DNA of 63,772 nucleotides, counting the filler, from Lama guanicoe (Eukaryota), in the NCBI GenBank assembly GCA_013239625.1. It is 199 parts of 199 records of this genome, joined end to end, with 100 filler letters (N's around TTAATTAATTAA, not from the genome) between each part and the next. Parts side by side here need not be neighbours in the genome. Positions count along the whole stretch, not along the records: positions 24,392 to 24,612 come from PNXV01040564.1; positions 24,713 to 24,933 come from PNXV01040565.1; positions 25,034 to 25,254 come from PNXV01040566.1; positions 25,355 to 25,575 come from PNXV01040567.1; positions 25,676 to 25,896 come from PNXV01040568.1; positions 25,997 to 26,217 come from PNXV01040569.1; positions 26,318 to 26,538 come from PNXV01040570.1; positions 26,639 to 26,859 come from PNXV01040571.1; 191 more parts are not named here. One strand, written 5' to 3'. The translations under genes and the position numbers were made by a program. Shown here piece by piece: positions 24,292 to 36,810 of the stretch (its first letter is position 1; every line of letters begins with the position of its first letter). The notes beneath the pieces are model-generated. The model was given only the letters and a program-made list of their open reading frames with translations, was not told the DNA's origin and ran no database searches.

Positions 24292-25354
24292 NNNNNNNNN
24301 NNNNNNNNNNNNNNNNNNNNNNNNNNNNNNNNNNNTTAATTAATTAANNNNNNNNNNNNNNNNNNNNNNNNNNNNNNNNNNNNNNNNNNNNCTGGCATCT
24401 CTTGTACTTGGGGATGACTCAGAAATTTATGAATTTGTACCACCTAAAAATGCCAGATTTCAGAAGAAAATACTTACATCCAAATGATATACTTGAAGTT
24501 CAATGTAAAGTTGATTACAATCAATTCACGGGATAAAAAGACTAAGGGTGCACTTCATTTGACAAAAAAAAAAAATCATTTGACACTTCAGAACTTACTA
24601 GCCTGCATAAATNNNNNNNNNNNNNNNNNNNNNNNNNNNNNNNNNNNNNNNNNNNNTTAATTAATTAANNNNNNNNNNNNNNNNNNNNNNNNNNNNNNNN
24701 NNNNNNNNNNNNCAGTGCCCCTGCTTGCTTGAATTTCCATTCCCAAACGTGGATTGTAACATGAGGGCCCCAAGCAGGAAGAAATCCTGCACACTGCCCC
24801 CAAACCGTCTCTGTGGGGACAGAAGGGAGGCTCAGACAGAACTGCCGGGTGACAGGCAGCGCCACCCTGTGGTGACTTTAAGTATTTGTTTTTCAGCAGC
24901 TATTTGAAAGCTCTGTTCTGAGGGTCAAGGTTGNNNNNNNNNNNNNNNNNNNNNNNNNNNNNNNNNNNNNNNNNNNNTTAATTAATTAANNNNNNNNNNN
25001 NNNNNNNNNNNNNNNNNNNNNNNNNNNNNNNNNATGGAAAAATGTAAGAATAATCTAATAAACATGCATGCACTTACCAAATAGGTTTTTTTTAATAGGC
25101 AAAAGTGTGTTTTATTTTCTTCAATAACTCTCTACATTTTACATGTTAAAAATTCTGAATTTATCATGTGGAACTATAATTACATTTAACAGGTCTTCTT
25201 CCTGCTGCCTTTTAAAGTTCCTTATGTATTTATGTAATTTCATGACCAATGAAANNNNNNNNNNNNNNNNNNNNNNNNNNNNNNNNNNNNNNNNNNNNTT
25301 AATTAATTAANNNNNNNNNNNNNNNNNNNNNNNNNNNNNNNNNNNNNNNNNNNN

Positions 25355-25575
25355 CGCTTGGCCGGGTCCCCCAGGAGCGTGTCGGGGAACTGCGCCAGGG
25401 TGCGCAGCTGCGTCTCGAAGCGCAGCCCCGAGATGTTGATGAGGACGCGCTGGTGGTGGAGGGACTCTGAAAGGAGCACTTGGTCCTGCGCCACGCCCAG
25501 GGCGGGGTCGCCGTCTCCCTCCTCGTCCTCCGGCGACCGCCGGCTAGGCTGGGGCAGCTCCTGGGGTAGCGGTGG
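25355..25575 (-). CDS. KCNA5: Voltage-gated potassium channel Kv1.5, N-terminal region and start of T1 domain (partial)
   Basis: The frame is open across the contig: [74 protein letters not shown]. The Shaker T1 motif is present. The PPLP...EDEE..GDP.LG...SLHHQRV stretch is characteristic of Kv1.5. Confidence 0.92.
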
Positions 25576-25675
25576 NNNNNNNNNNNNNNNNNNNNNNNNN
25601 NNNNNNNNNNNNNNNNNNNTTAATTAATTAANNNNNNNNNNNNNNNNNNNNNNNNNNNNNNNNNNNNNNNNNNNN

Positions 25676-25896
25676 GAAACTTAAAAGACATATCACTAAA
25701 TGAAAAAGCCAGTCTGAAAAGGCTACCAACTGTACCATTCCAACCAAATAATAATCTGGAAAAGACACATCTACAGAAACAATAAAAAGATCATGGTTTC
25801 TAGGTGTTTGGGGAGAGCGAGAGAGGGAGGAATAAATGGAGCACAAGGGATTTTTAGGGCAATGAAGTTATTCTGTATATTACAATGGTGGCTACA
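25676..25896 (+). mobile_element. L1MC-type 3' UTR
   Basis: gccagtctgaaaaggctac...ataaaaagatcatggtt...gagcacaagggatttttagggcaatgaa. Confidence 0.85.
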
Positions 25897-25996
25897 NNNN
25901 NNNNNNNNNNNNNNNNNNNNNNNNNNNNNNNNNNNNNNNNTTAATTAATTAANNNNNNNNNNNNNNNNNNNNNNNNNNNNNNNNNNNNNNNNNNNN

Positions 25997-26217
25997 TAAA
26001 CAAATGGGACCTAATTAAACTTAAAAGCTTTTGCATAACAAAGGAAACCACTGACAAAATGAAAAGACAATCTACAGAATGAGTGAAAGTATTTGCAAAT
26101 GATATGACTGATAAGGGGTTAGTAGTCAAAATATATAAACAGCTCATCTAAGTTAACATGAAAAAAAAACTACCTGGTTAAAAAATGGGCAGAAGACCTG
26201 AATAAACTTTTTTTTTT
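25997..26217 (+). mobile_element. L1 ORF2 C-terminal fragment with stop
   Basis: NKWDLIKLKSFCITKETTDKMKRQSTE*VKVFANDMTDKGLVVKIYKQL. Confidence 0.95.
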
Positions 26218-26989
26218 NNNNNNNNNNNNNNNNNNNNNNNNNNNNNNNNNNNNNNNNNNNNTTAATTAATTAANNNNNNNNNNNNNNNNNNNNNNNNNNN
26301 NNNNNNNNNNNNNNNNNTCAGTCAGCCCATTTCTTTCACCAGCGTCTCCTTTAGAGTCCCCGGTTTCCTCATTTGCGACATGAGGTGTTCGGAGTAGACA
26401 TCTCCGAAGTCTCTTCCAGCACTGTCATCCTAAATCATAATTATTTGAATGTCGTCACCACCCAACAGCCAGGGCTCAGGACTGGGTGAGTAAATCCTGA
26501 CCACCTGAGGTCTCGTCCCCCTGTCCTAAGATTCTATCNNNNNNNNNNNNNNNNNNNNNNNNNNNNNNNNNNNNNNNNNNNNTTAATTAATTAANNNNNN
26601 NNNNNNNNNNNNNNNNNNNNNNNNNNNNNNNNNNNNNNACTTGGGGTTACAGTGGGCTTGTTTAACCGCACACATGGTCGGGGAGAAGCAACGATTAAAA
26701 TCAGTTGGTGTGACCCTAAATCTCTGTCTGCCCCGGGCCATGCTCCCTCACCCAGCCCCTGACCTCTGGCACCCAGGAGGGGGAACACCTCCAGAATCCA
26801 ACCCACCAGCGTCTGTTTTTGCAGCACTGGATTCAGTCCTGAGGTGGAAATGGAAGCAGNNNNNNNNNNNNNNNNNNNNNNNNNNNNNNNNNNNNNNNNN
26901 NNNTTAATTAATTAANNNNNNNNNNNNNNNNNNNNNNNNNNNNNNNNNNNNNNNNNNNNCTGCCTGGCCCCATGGTTCTCTATTGCCTA

Positions 26990-27180
26990 ACTCTACTTTT
27001 TTTCATTGCACTCTCACCACTAGACCACCAGCTATTTTGTTTAAGTTGTTTGCTTATTTGCTGATGCCTCCTCCCACCAATAGGACATAAGCCACACAAG
27101 GGCAGAGAGACTTTGTTCACTGCTGTATCTGCAGCACCCAAAACAGTGCCTGGCTCATAAAATATAGTAATTAAATAATT
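26990..27180 (+). mobile_element. L2 3' end
   Basis: agggcagagagactttgttcactgctgtatct.cagcacc...acagtgcctggc. Confidence 0.75.
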
Positions 27181-28885
27181 NNNNNNNNNNNNNNNNNNNN
27201 NNNNNNNNNNNNNNNNNNNNNNNNTTAATTAATTAANNNNNNNNNNNNNNNNNNNNNNNNNNNNNNNNNNNNNNNNNNNNGGACTGAGGATATTGGAGGG
27301 AGTCAATAAATGCTTTCTGGCTTAAATCAGAAGTGATGACTCAGTGATTCCATGGCTGCTCTATTTGCTAAGCAAGTTACTTCTTTGCTCCATTACACAT
27401 TTTTTTAACTGAAAAAGAAATACAAGCAGATAGTTAAAAAAAAAATCTCATGTAGAGCACAAAAATACACAAGTGAAAGAAGATTTCCCTCATCCTCTGT
27501 TNNNNNNNNNNNNNNNNNNNNNNNNNNNNNNNNNNNNNNNNNNNNTTAATTAATTAANNNNNNNNNNNNNNNNNNNNNNNNNNNNNNNNNNNNNNNNNNN
27601 NGGGCGTCTCACAAGGCCGCAGTCGTCTCAGGGCTGTGCCGAGGGGCTCCGGGGGGGGGGCGCCTCCTAGCTCACTGACCGGGCGGGGCTCCTCTCCTGG
27701 GGGCCTTGGACTGAGCCCCCTCCAGTCTGGGGCCTCTGACTGTTCCACGTGCTGTGCTGGCTCTGTCCGTCTTGCTGCCTGGGGCCCTTGCCGTGGGTCA
27801 GAAGTGCTTCCCCGCGGCGTCCNNNNNNNNNNNNNNNNNNNNNNNNNNNNNNNNNNNNNNNNNNNNTTAATTAATTAANNNNNNNNNNNNNNNNNNNNNN
27901 NNNNNNNNNNNNNNNNNNNNNNTGCTTTCCTACTTTATAAATGATTCATTTCATAATTTCTCTCTCCCCCCCTGTACTGATGACTTTAACTCTCAATTAA
28001 GTGAGGAAACATCGCCGTAGCTGTGCCTGTCTTCATCTGCTCTCTCTTGATGCTTCTCAAAGGCTAGACCGTGGCCAGCGGTTTGGATCTCACTGTCTCC
28101 TGCCTCCAGGACTGCACTCTTTCTGTTATCACCTCTCTGGCAANNNNNNNNNNNNNNNNNNNNNNNNNNNNNNNNNNNNNNNNNNNNTTAATTAATTAAN
28201 NNNNNNNNNNNNNNNNNNNNNNNNNNNNNNNNNNNNNNNNNNNCCAGGTGAAGTAGCTATCCCTCTGCCCAACTCGCAAATCAAACAACACCTGGCTAAG
28301 CGGCTGCATGTCCATGTCCGCGTGTCACGTGGCTGGTAAGGGCACAACTCATTTTCTGACCCCTAGTTTTTCACTCTTCAACGCAGAAACAAGCACTTGG
28401 CTGAGCTGCTTTATCGTAGCTGCACCTCCTCCCCAACTCCTCCCACCTCGCACCCCAGACAGCTNNNNNNNNNNNNNNNNNNNNNNNNNNNNNNNNNNNN
28501 NNNNNNNNTTAATTAATTAANNNNNNNNNNNNNNNNNNNNNNNNNNNNNNNNNNNNNNNNNNNNAGCATTGGCAGCTGGAAATCCAAATTGCACATGGCA
28601 CTAATGATTACTTTCATGAGTCTATCAGAAATTCCCACATCTTGAGAGTGTCAGATAATATCTGAGTGAGTTCAGGTATGGGGAAACGCACAATTGCTGA
28701 TGGAACTGTAAACTGGTGTAACATTTTAGGAAAGTAGTATCAGGGTATTAAGTGCGATTGCAAATAACTATATATTTTGACCTTCNNNNNNNNNNNNNNN
28801 NNNNNNNNNNNNNNNNNNNNNNNNNNNNNTTAATTAATTAANNNNNNNNNNNNNNNNNNNNNNNNNNNNNNNNNNNNNNNNNNNN

Positions 28886-29020
28886 TATATATATTCCTTT
28901 TCATATTATTTTTCATTATAGGCTATTACAAGGTGTTTAATATAGTTCCCCATGCTATATAGTAGGACCTTATTGTTTATATATTTTATAATATAGTAGT
29001 ACATATCTGCAAATTCCAAA
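28886..29020 (-). mobile_element. Cetartiodactyl-type L1 3' UTR
   Basis: cattataggctattacaagg...aatatagttccc..tgctata.agtaggacct. Confidence 0.85.
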
Positions 29021-32000
29021 CAATAGCAGATTTGTCTAGCATGCAATTCAAAACTCTTCCAGCCTCTATCCATTAACTAGTTTAAAAGCTGCTTTTTGGT
29101 TCCAGGNNNNNNNNNNNNNNNNNNNNNNNNNNNNNNNNNNNNNNNNNNNNTTAATTAATTAANNNNNNNNNNNNNNNNNNNNNNNNNNNNNNNNNNNNNN
29201 NNNNNNCCACATAAACACATATAAAATAAGTTTAATCTGATTGTTTGAAATAATTGTCTGCTACCTCTTATTCTTTTGAATAAAGTAGAATGCATACATA
29301 ACAGAGAAAAAAACGATTTTTTAAACTAAGAAGTATTTTATCTTAGCTTATCTGAAAGAGTTATTTTACTTCTTCACAACTGTCTTCACTTGTATTCACT
29401 TGTCTTCAAATAAACTGATACTTGAAGNNNNNNNNNNNNNNNNNNNNNNNNNNNNNNNNNNNNNNNNNNNNTTAATTAATTAANNNNNNNNNNNNNNNNN
29501 NNNNNNNNNNNNNNNNNNNNNNNNNNNCAGAAGTAATTACGGGGTCCCACCTAATTGGCAAGGAGGCTGAAGACCACAGAGGAACACTATGGTGAGTAGT
29601 CCTGCTTTAGGAAGTCAGCAAGAAACTCAGAGGTCTCTGCCCACCCAAGAGGCTTTCAAAAGAGTGCGGAGTTGAGTAATGAAGAGAGAAGGAGCAACTG
29701 GGTAAAGTTGAACACCTTATCATGTGTTTATAGACTTTAAAGATTCTTNNNNNNNNNNNNNNNNNNNNNNNNNNNNNNNNNNNNNNNNNNNNTTAATTAA
29801 TTAANNNNNNNNNNNNNNNNNNNNNNNNNNNNNNNNNNNNNNNNNNNNTTCTAGAGACACACCAGTTGCTTCGCTCTTTACCTTCTCCTTGCCAGGGGTG
29901 TTTAATCCGGCGGTGGAGGTTTACCATGTCTCCTGTTTTGGTGGTAGGTGGTTGTGCCTCGGGTACATTTCACATTTCATTTCTTTTTCTTCAACTGTCT
30001 CTAAGTCCATCTCTGTTGTGAATTTCTAGAGTAAGTGAAATCCAATGACTGAGTCTCAGTCCTGGGAAGNNNNNNNNNNNNNNNNNNNNNNNNNNNNNNN
30101 NNNNNNNNNNNNNTTAATTAATTAANNNNNNNNNNNNNNNNNNNNNNNNNNNNNNNNNNNNNNNNNNNNGCAATTCCCACTGAAATCCCAGTATGCTTTT
30201 TTAATCTATTTGACAAGCTGATTCTAATCCTTCCAAAGCAGAACCAGGATCCGCGAAGAGGCAGAAGGTGCTTGAAGACATCAGGTCAGGAACACGTCCT
30301 GTCAGGCGTCAGGACTGAAGTTAGAGTTACAATGCATAAGGCTATGAGCTGGAAGCCAGGGACAGATGCACAGACCGGTGGGACATGGAGNNNNNNNNNN
30401 NNNNNNNNNNNNNNNNNNNNNNNNNNNNNNNNNNTTAATTAATTAANNNNNNNNNNNNNNNNNNNNNNNNNNNNNNNNNNNNNNNNNNNNGCTCTGTTGG
30501 GAGAGCTGGTTTCAAAGTGTGCATGGGCCATGTTTTTCCCTAGAATGTGCTAACAACCAGTGTCTTGTTGGGAGACAGTACTGTATTTAAAGGGTCTAGA
30601 GCCAGAATTTGCAAACTGAGATATCTCCCATGCTTAATAGCAGTCACCACTTTGCAGGTGTGATCAAGACCTGAGGTTCTGGAGCAAACACTCAGTAATT
30701 CATTTCTCCCTNNNNNNNNNNNNNNNNNNNNNNNNNNNNNNNNNNNNNNNNNNNNTTAATTAATTAANNNNNNNNNNNNNNNNNNNNNNNNNNNNNNNNN
30801 NNNNNNNNNNNCTGCATTTTCCTTCACCCCAACCCGGTGTCAATAGATTGGCTTTACCGCACCCAGGGAAGAGGATCCAACTTTGGTTCGGTAACATTCA
30901 CCACCTTAAACACAATGAGACAGCTCTTTACTCGTTTCCTTTAATATACCTATTACAGACTCTCTTTTGCCTTCAGAGAGCCTGCACTGTCTATAGACTG
31001 TGTATCTACTTTTACTTTAAACTAAACACCCCNNNNNNNNNNNNNNNNNNNNNNNNNNNNNNNNNNNNNNNNNNNNTTAATTAATTAANNNNNNNNNNNN
31101 NNNNNNNNNNNNNNNNNNNNNNNNNNNNNNNNCTCGAACCAGTTTCCTAACCCCTCAGTCCATCATCCATCTCCAGGGTATAAAATAATTGAAACTAGAA
31201 ATTTGAAAGTGAGGATATTTTGGGGGAGAATTGTTGGTATGCAGTATAATCCTCCCATACCCCAATCCACATCCTGTAGGGGCAAGGAGCCATCTGGAGG
31301 ACCACCTAGAAAGCTGTTCTTCCCTGGAATTGGAGGACGCAGTGGTCTGTGTCNNNNNNNNNNNNNNNNNNNNNNNNNNNNNNNNNNNNNNNNNNNNTTA
31401 ATTAATTAANNNNNNNNNNNNNNNNNNNNNNNNNNNNNNNNNNNNNNNNNNNNCTGCCCAGCCCATGTCCAGTCCCCAGGACTGGCATCCTTGCATTCAG
31501 CTTCTGCAGGGGAAGGACCTCTGCCTTTCCCCCAAAACCAGAAACAGAGGGTGGGGAGGCTGATGATGTCCATCAGAGTAACGTCTGGGGATCCTGTGAT
31601 TGGAGGGGACTGAATGAGGCCACGCTCAGTGACCTCTCTCTTCTCTGCCTGAAGATGGATGCCCCCATGCACACNNNNNNNNNNNNNNNNNNNNNNNNNN
31701 NNNNNNNNNNNNNNNNNNTTAATTAATTAANNNNNNNNNNNNNNNNNNNNNNNNNNNNNNNNNNNNNNNNNNNNCTATAGGCAAAGAGTAATGAAGTACT
31801 GTTTCTTCTTTCCTTCATGTCTCACTGTAAGAAATAACCAAATTTCAGTCACCTATGTAGGTGGATTATACTTCTTTGGCTGAGTTTTGTTTTTATTCTG
31901 GGTTTTGTTAAAGGGGTATTTCAATGAAACAGAATTTTATATGAACCTGGTTTCATAAATGTTCATTCTCAGCCTTCCACTTGAGCAGCATGTAGNNNNN

Positions 32001-33379
32001 NNNNNNNNNNNNNNNNNNNNNNNNNNNNNNNNNNNNNNNTTAATTAATTAANNNNNNNNNNNNNNNNNNNNNNNNNNNNNNNNNNNNNNNNNNNNTGATA
32101 CCTTGTATAAAGGCTCAATATATATTTGTCGTCCTAAATTTCTTTAACTCTTTCAAAATCGGGTAGATTTCTGAAGGAAATGGAAGGAATAGATTTGAGT
32201 AATGTACTATATCATACCGTGTTGGATACAATTCTTTAAAAGATCAGTGTAAATCTTCTTAGAACTGTAACTCTTGTCCCTGTGATGCTGCTGAATAAGA
32301 GGAAAGTGAAGAGTTCNNNNNNNNNNNNNNNNNNNNNNNNNNNNNNNNNNNNNNNNNNNNTTAATTAATTAANNNNNNNNNNNNNNNNNNNNNNNNNNNN
32401 NNNNNNNNNNNNNNNNTGGCTTCTGTTTCCCTGACTGATAACTAAGTTAGGGTTATACTGAACATGCAATTTGATGTTGCACTTATTTTCTGGCATCATT
32501 TTATGAGCATATTCCCACATTACTTCAGAGATATCATTTTTAATGGCTGTGCTGTGCTAAGTCTCATTCCATGAGCAATACTGAGAATAATGGCATGCAT
32601 TTTAAACACAGCTAGTCAGAACTGAGAGCTCAGGCTGNNNNNNNNNNNNNNNNNNNNNNNNNNNNNNNNNNNNNNNNNNNNTTAATTAATTAANNNNNNN
32701 NNNNNNNNNNNNNNNNNNNNNNNNNNNNNNNNNNNNNAATGCTTCTTTGGAAATCTCATTATTTAAAGTGAAATCTTAGACAATTACATTCTTTCCAAAT
32801 ATTTTCACTCAGGAAGTGCCTGTGCCTCCAATACATAAAACTGCGCCTAGTATGTCAGCGGAGGGTATTCCTGGCAGTGTTGCAGTGGCGGGAGGTAAGG
32901 ATGTCCTGAAGCAAAAGTAGGCAGACCAGCTTTGCCATCACCTGCTGCCCACATAGAGNNNNNNNNNNNNNNNNNNNNNNNNNNNNNNNNNNNNNNNNNN
33001 NNTTAATTAATTAANNNNNNNNNNNNNNNNNNNNNNNNNNNNNNNNNNNNNNNNNNNNCAGTATTTCACAATGACCTCTCGATGAGGCAGCGAGAGGCAT
33101 GGCAGACAGGTCCCTGGCTCTGCAATACAGTATCTGATAAACCGTGAAGACTGTCTTTGGGTAGACTACTGGAAGTTATGTGAAATCCGCACATGTCAGT
33201 GTACTCTGATTCAACCCCAGTTCAGATTACAGAGGACAATCAGTTCCCAGTGTAGTCACGGGCTTTTGACTGGGCTCCANNNNNNNNNNNNNNNNNNNNN
33301 NNNNNNNNNNNNNNNNNNNNNNNTTAATTAATTAANNNNNNNNNNNNNNNNNNNNNNNNNNNNNNNNNNNNNNNNNNNN

Positions 33380-33436
33380 CTGTACACCAGAAACTAACAC
33401 AGCATTGTAAACTGACTATATTTTAATTAAAAAAAT
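33380..33436 (+). mobile_element. L1 3' terminus
   Basis: ctgtacaccagaaactaacacagcattgtaaactgactata followed by an A-rich tail. Confidence 0.85.
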
Positions 33437-35305
33437 TCTTTTAAATTTAAAAAGTCATTACATATTAAAAAAAAGAAACTTCAAAATTGAACTTATTGTT
33501 GATACTTAAGGTGGGGGCTACACGGCTTCAAACTTACTCTCAATGAAACCGGTACTTTATGCTCCCAATTGACGGGATTCTACTAACAATGCTTTTAAAT
33601 NNNNNNNNNNNNNNNNNNNNNNNNNNNNNNNNNNNNNNNNNNNNTTAATTAATTAANNNNNNNNNNNNNNNNNNNNNNNNNNNNNNNNNNNNNNNNNNNN
33701 TACCATCACCCAAACCAGACGATTGAAGTCCCTGAGGTGTCTGCTCTGCCGACTACTCACATGCTCTTTGTCTACAATTTTTCTGTTTTGTTTTGTTTCT
33801 ATTTTTGCTGAGTTCGTATCTTGCCGAGGTAAGACAAAGATACATAATAGGTGAATGAAAGAGTGTCAACACAAGCAGTATCTACTGGTGTGGGGGTTTT
33901 GCCCTAGTTAGCTAAGGCTGCNNNNNNNNNNNNNNNNNNNNNNNNNNNNNNNNNNNNNNNNNNNNTTAATTAATTAANNNNNNNNNNNNNNNNNNNNNNN
34001 NNNNNNNNNNNNNNNNNNNNNGCCCCATGTTTGCATGAGGGATGTTTTAAGTGTGTAAGGCCATACATTAAGCAAGGTATTTTTCACAGCGGGAGGAATT
34101 TAGCTGAGCACTGAAGCAAAAGTGTGACGGGTCTTCCTGCAGCCTTGTGAGAGGCTGAGAAGCTGAGAATCATGGCCGAGCATGACCTGCGTTCCTTACG
34201 CCCTCTCTCAAGGTCACATCCTGTCTGGCTGGCACGTTCCTTNNNNNNNNNNNNNNNNNNNNNNNNNNNNNNNNNNNNNNNNNNNNTTAATTAATTAANN
34301 NNNNNNNNNNNNNNNNNNNNNNNNNNNNNNNNNNNNNNNNNNTAAGGGGGAAGTGCGGGCTCCGAGCATGGGCCATCCCCGTCCTGTGCCCCGGGCTAGG
34401 CATCAGGGATGGGACACCTAACCGGACCTTGCCTTGTTGCAAACTGAGCTATGCTTTGTTTTACCATCTTCAAAATTAAACTTTGAAGAGGGCCGCGATG
34501 CTGGGAAACCTCGCGGCACGATGGGATAAGCATGGGCCAAATCCTGGTTTGAGAGCTGAGCAANNNNNNNNNNNNNNNNNNNNNNNNNNNNNNNNNNNNN
34601 NNNNNNNTTAATTAATTAANNNNNNNNNNNNNNNNNNNNNNNNNNNNNNNNNNNNNNNNNNNNGTTCAAGAAGAAGACAAGCCCTGAGGCCTGAAGCAGA
34701 AGTGGGAATAGTAGGTCAAGGTGAGGCTTTACGTATTGGAGGGTAATGTTGGAAAGAGAGTTTGGCCCCACACTGTGGAGTGTTTTGGATTGCAGGGCGG
34801 CAGGAAATTAAGACCTGAATCTGTGAATGATATGGAGGCTTCGTGATATGAAGGCTCCACCGCAGAATGGTGGAGCCAGGCTCCNNNNNNNNNNNNNNNN
34901 NNNNNNNNNNNNNNNNNNNNNNNNNNNNTTAATTAATTAANNNNNNNNNNNNNNNNNNNNNNNNNNNNNNNNNNNNNNNNNNNNGCTGCAGCTGGACCAC
35001 TCACCTCTGAACAGCCATGGGTTTTACCTGCATGTCTTGGACAGACCGTATGTTGGGGCTGAACAAGACCAGGATTGGTAACACCAGTAGGTGGTCAATT
35101 TAGGGAAGACCTAGCTGTCAAATGAGAAGTGGCACAATCATGACGTGGCCTTTCCACCCATTTCTATTTATGGTACTATTGTCTGTTCTACCACATATGT
35201 CATTTNNNNNNNNNNNNNNNNNNNNNNNNNNNNNNNNNNNNNNNNNNNNTTAATTAATTAANNNNNNNNNNNNNNNNNNNNNNNNNNNNNNNNNNNNNNN
35301 NNNNN

Positions 35306-35526
35306 AAGGCAGGAGGGTCAGAGTGAGGGGACAGGGTTCAGGGCTGGGAGCAGGGGTCAGAGGGGAAAGAGAGACTTTGAAGCTGGAGGGAGGGGCCCCA
35401 AGCCAAGGAACAGGTGCTTCCAGAGGCTGGAAAATGTCAGGATGGATTCTCCCCAGAACTCCGGAGGAGCTCATCCCTGGGACATCTCAGTTTCAGCCTG
35501 TAGGACTCATTTCGGACCTCTGACTC
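35306..35526 (+). mobile_element. MaLR LTR (MLT1-type)
   Basis: agccaaggaa...gctggaaaa...atggattctccccagaactccggagga...gactcatttcggacctctgac. Confidence 0.8.
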
Positions 35527-36589
35527 NNNNNNNNNNNNNNNNNNNNNNNNNNNNNNNNNNNNNNNNNNNNTTAATTAATTAANNNNNNNNNNNNNNNNNN
35601 NNNNNNNNNNNNNNNNNNNNNNNNNNTGTCGATATTATCTGTCTGGCAAGCTGTCCGAGCTTCCTTAGGATGACAGAGGCTGCAACAATTTGCAGTATCC
35701 TTAGAAGAAACGGCCGATTCAATTCCACGATGCCGGGAGCGGCCTCGCTGCCAACGCCACCCCTGCGTCCTGCCCCGGCGACCCGTTTGTGCCCGAGTAC
35801 AGGACGCCCTTGTTTGACCGTGGCATCTCGCTCCAGTTCGCACCATCNNNNNNNNNNNNNNNNNNNNNNNNNNNNNNNNNNNNNNNNNNNNTTAATTAAT
35901 TAANNNNNNNNNNNNNNNNNNNNNNNNNNNNNNNNNNNNNNNNNNNNGGAGCCAGCCTGGCAGCAGAGAGAAGGCCTCTAGTTGGATGCCCCAGGTATAG
36001 GCGTTGCAGCCTTGCCTGGCCGGAGCAGTTCCTTAATCGTGGTGCCCAGGACAAAGAAACCCATCATTGTCACGCAGCTAAGCCATGTCCCCCAGTCCAG
36101 TTTTGATTAGTAATAAAGCTGTTACGATCTCCAGCTACTGACTTCTTATCTCTCCCTTAAGTGAGTCTNNNNNNNNNNNNNNNNNNNNNNNNNNNNNNNN
36201 NNNNNNNNNNNNTTAATTAATTAANNNNNNNNNNNNNNNNNNNNNNNNNNNNNNNNNNNNNNNNNNNNCAACTCTCACATGTTTGGCTGCCTTCCCAGAG
36301 AACAAGGCCATTTGTCACCTCGTCCTCTCAGACCCACTGCTAGGGCACTTACTCTCCCGACGGGCTCTCCCCACTGGCACCAGTCCTCTCGCTGCCTCCC
36401 TAGAATCAGCTCATTCACATCTCTATTACCTCCATGTCCCACCCTCCTGCCATTTCACAATCTGCTCTCTGAAAAAGTGGACACAGATGNNNNNNNNNNN
36501 NNNNNNNNNNNNNNNNNNNNNNNNNNNNNNNNNTTAATTAATTAANNNNNNNNNNNNNNNNNNNNNNNNNNNNNNNNNNNNNNNNNNNN

Positions 36590-36810
36590 TGAGAATTGTC
36601 TTTTTCTTGTTCAGAATCCCACACTCCAACCCCCTTTTCCTGGGCTCAGAGCAGCATATGATCCTCAGTTGTCTGATTGCCTCAAATTCTTATGGGGTTT
36701 CCATGCACATAACATTAAGTTTGATTTTCTCCTGTTAATCTGTCTCGTGTCAATGTAATGGTTAGATCAGCCAGAAGAACTGGCAGGTGCAGAAAAACCG
36801 CTTCCTGGAC
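36590..36810 (+). mobile_element. ERV1 LTR 3' part (MER34/MER39-like)
   Basis: ttttctcctgttaatctgtct..tgtcaat.taat...cagccagaagaac. Confidence 0.65.
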
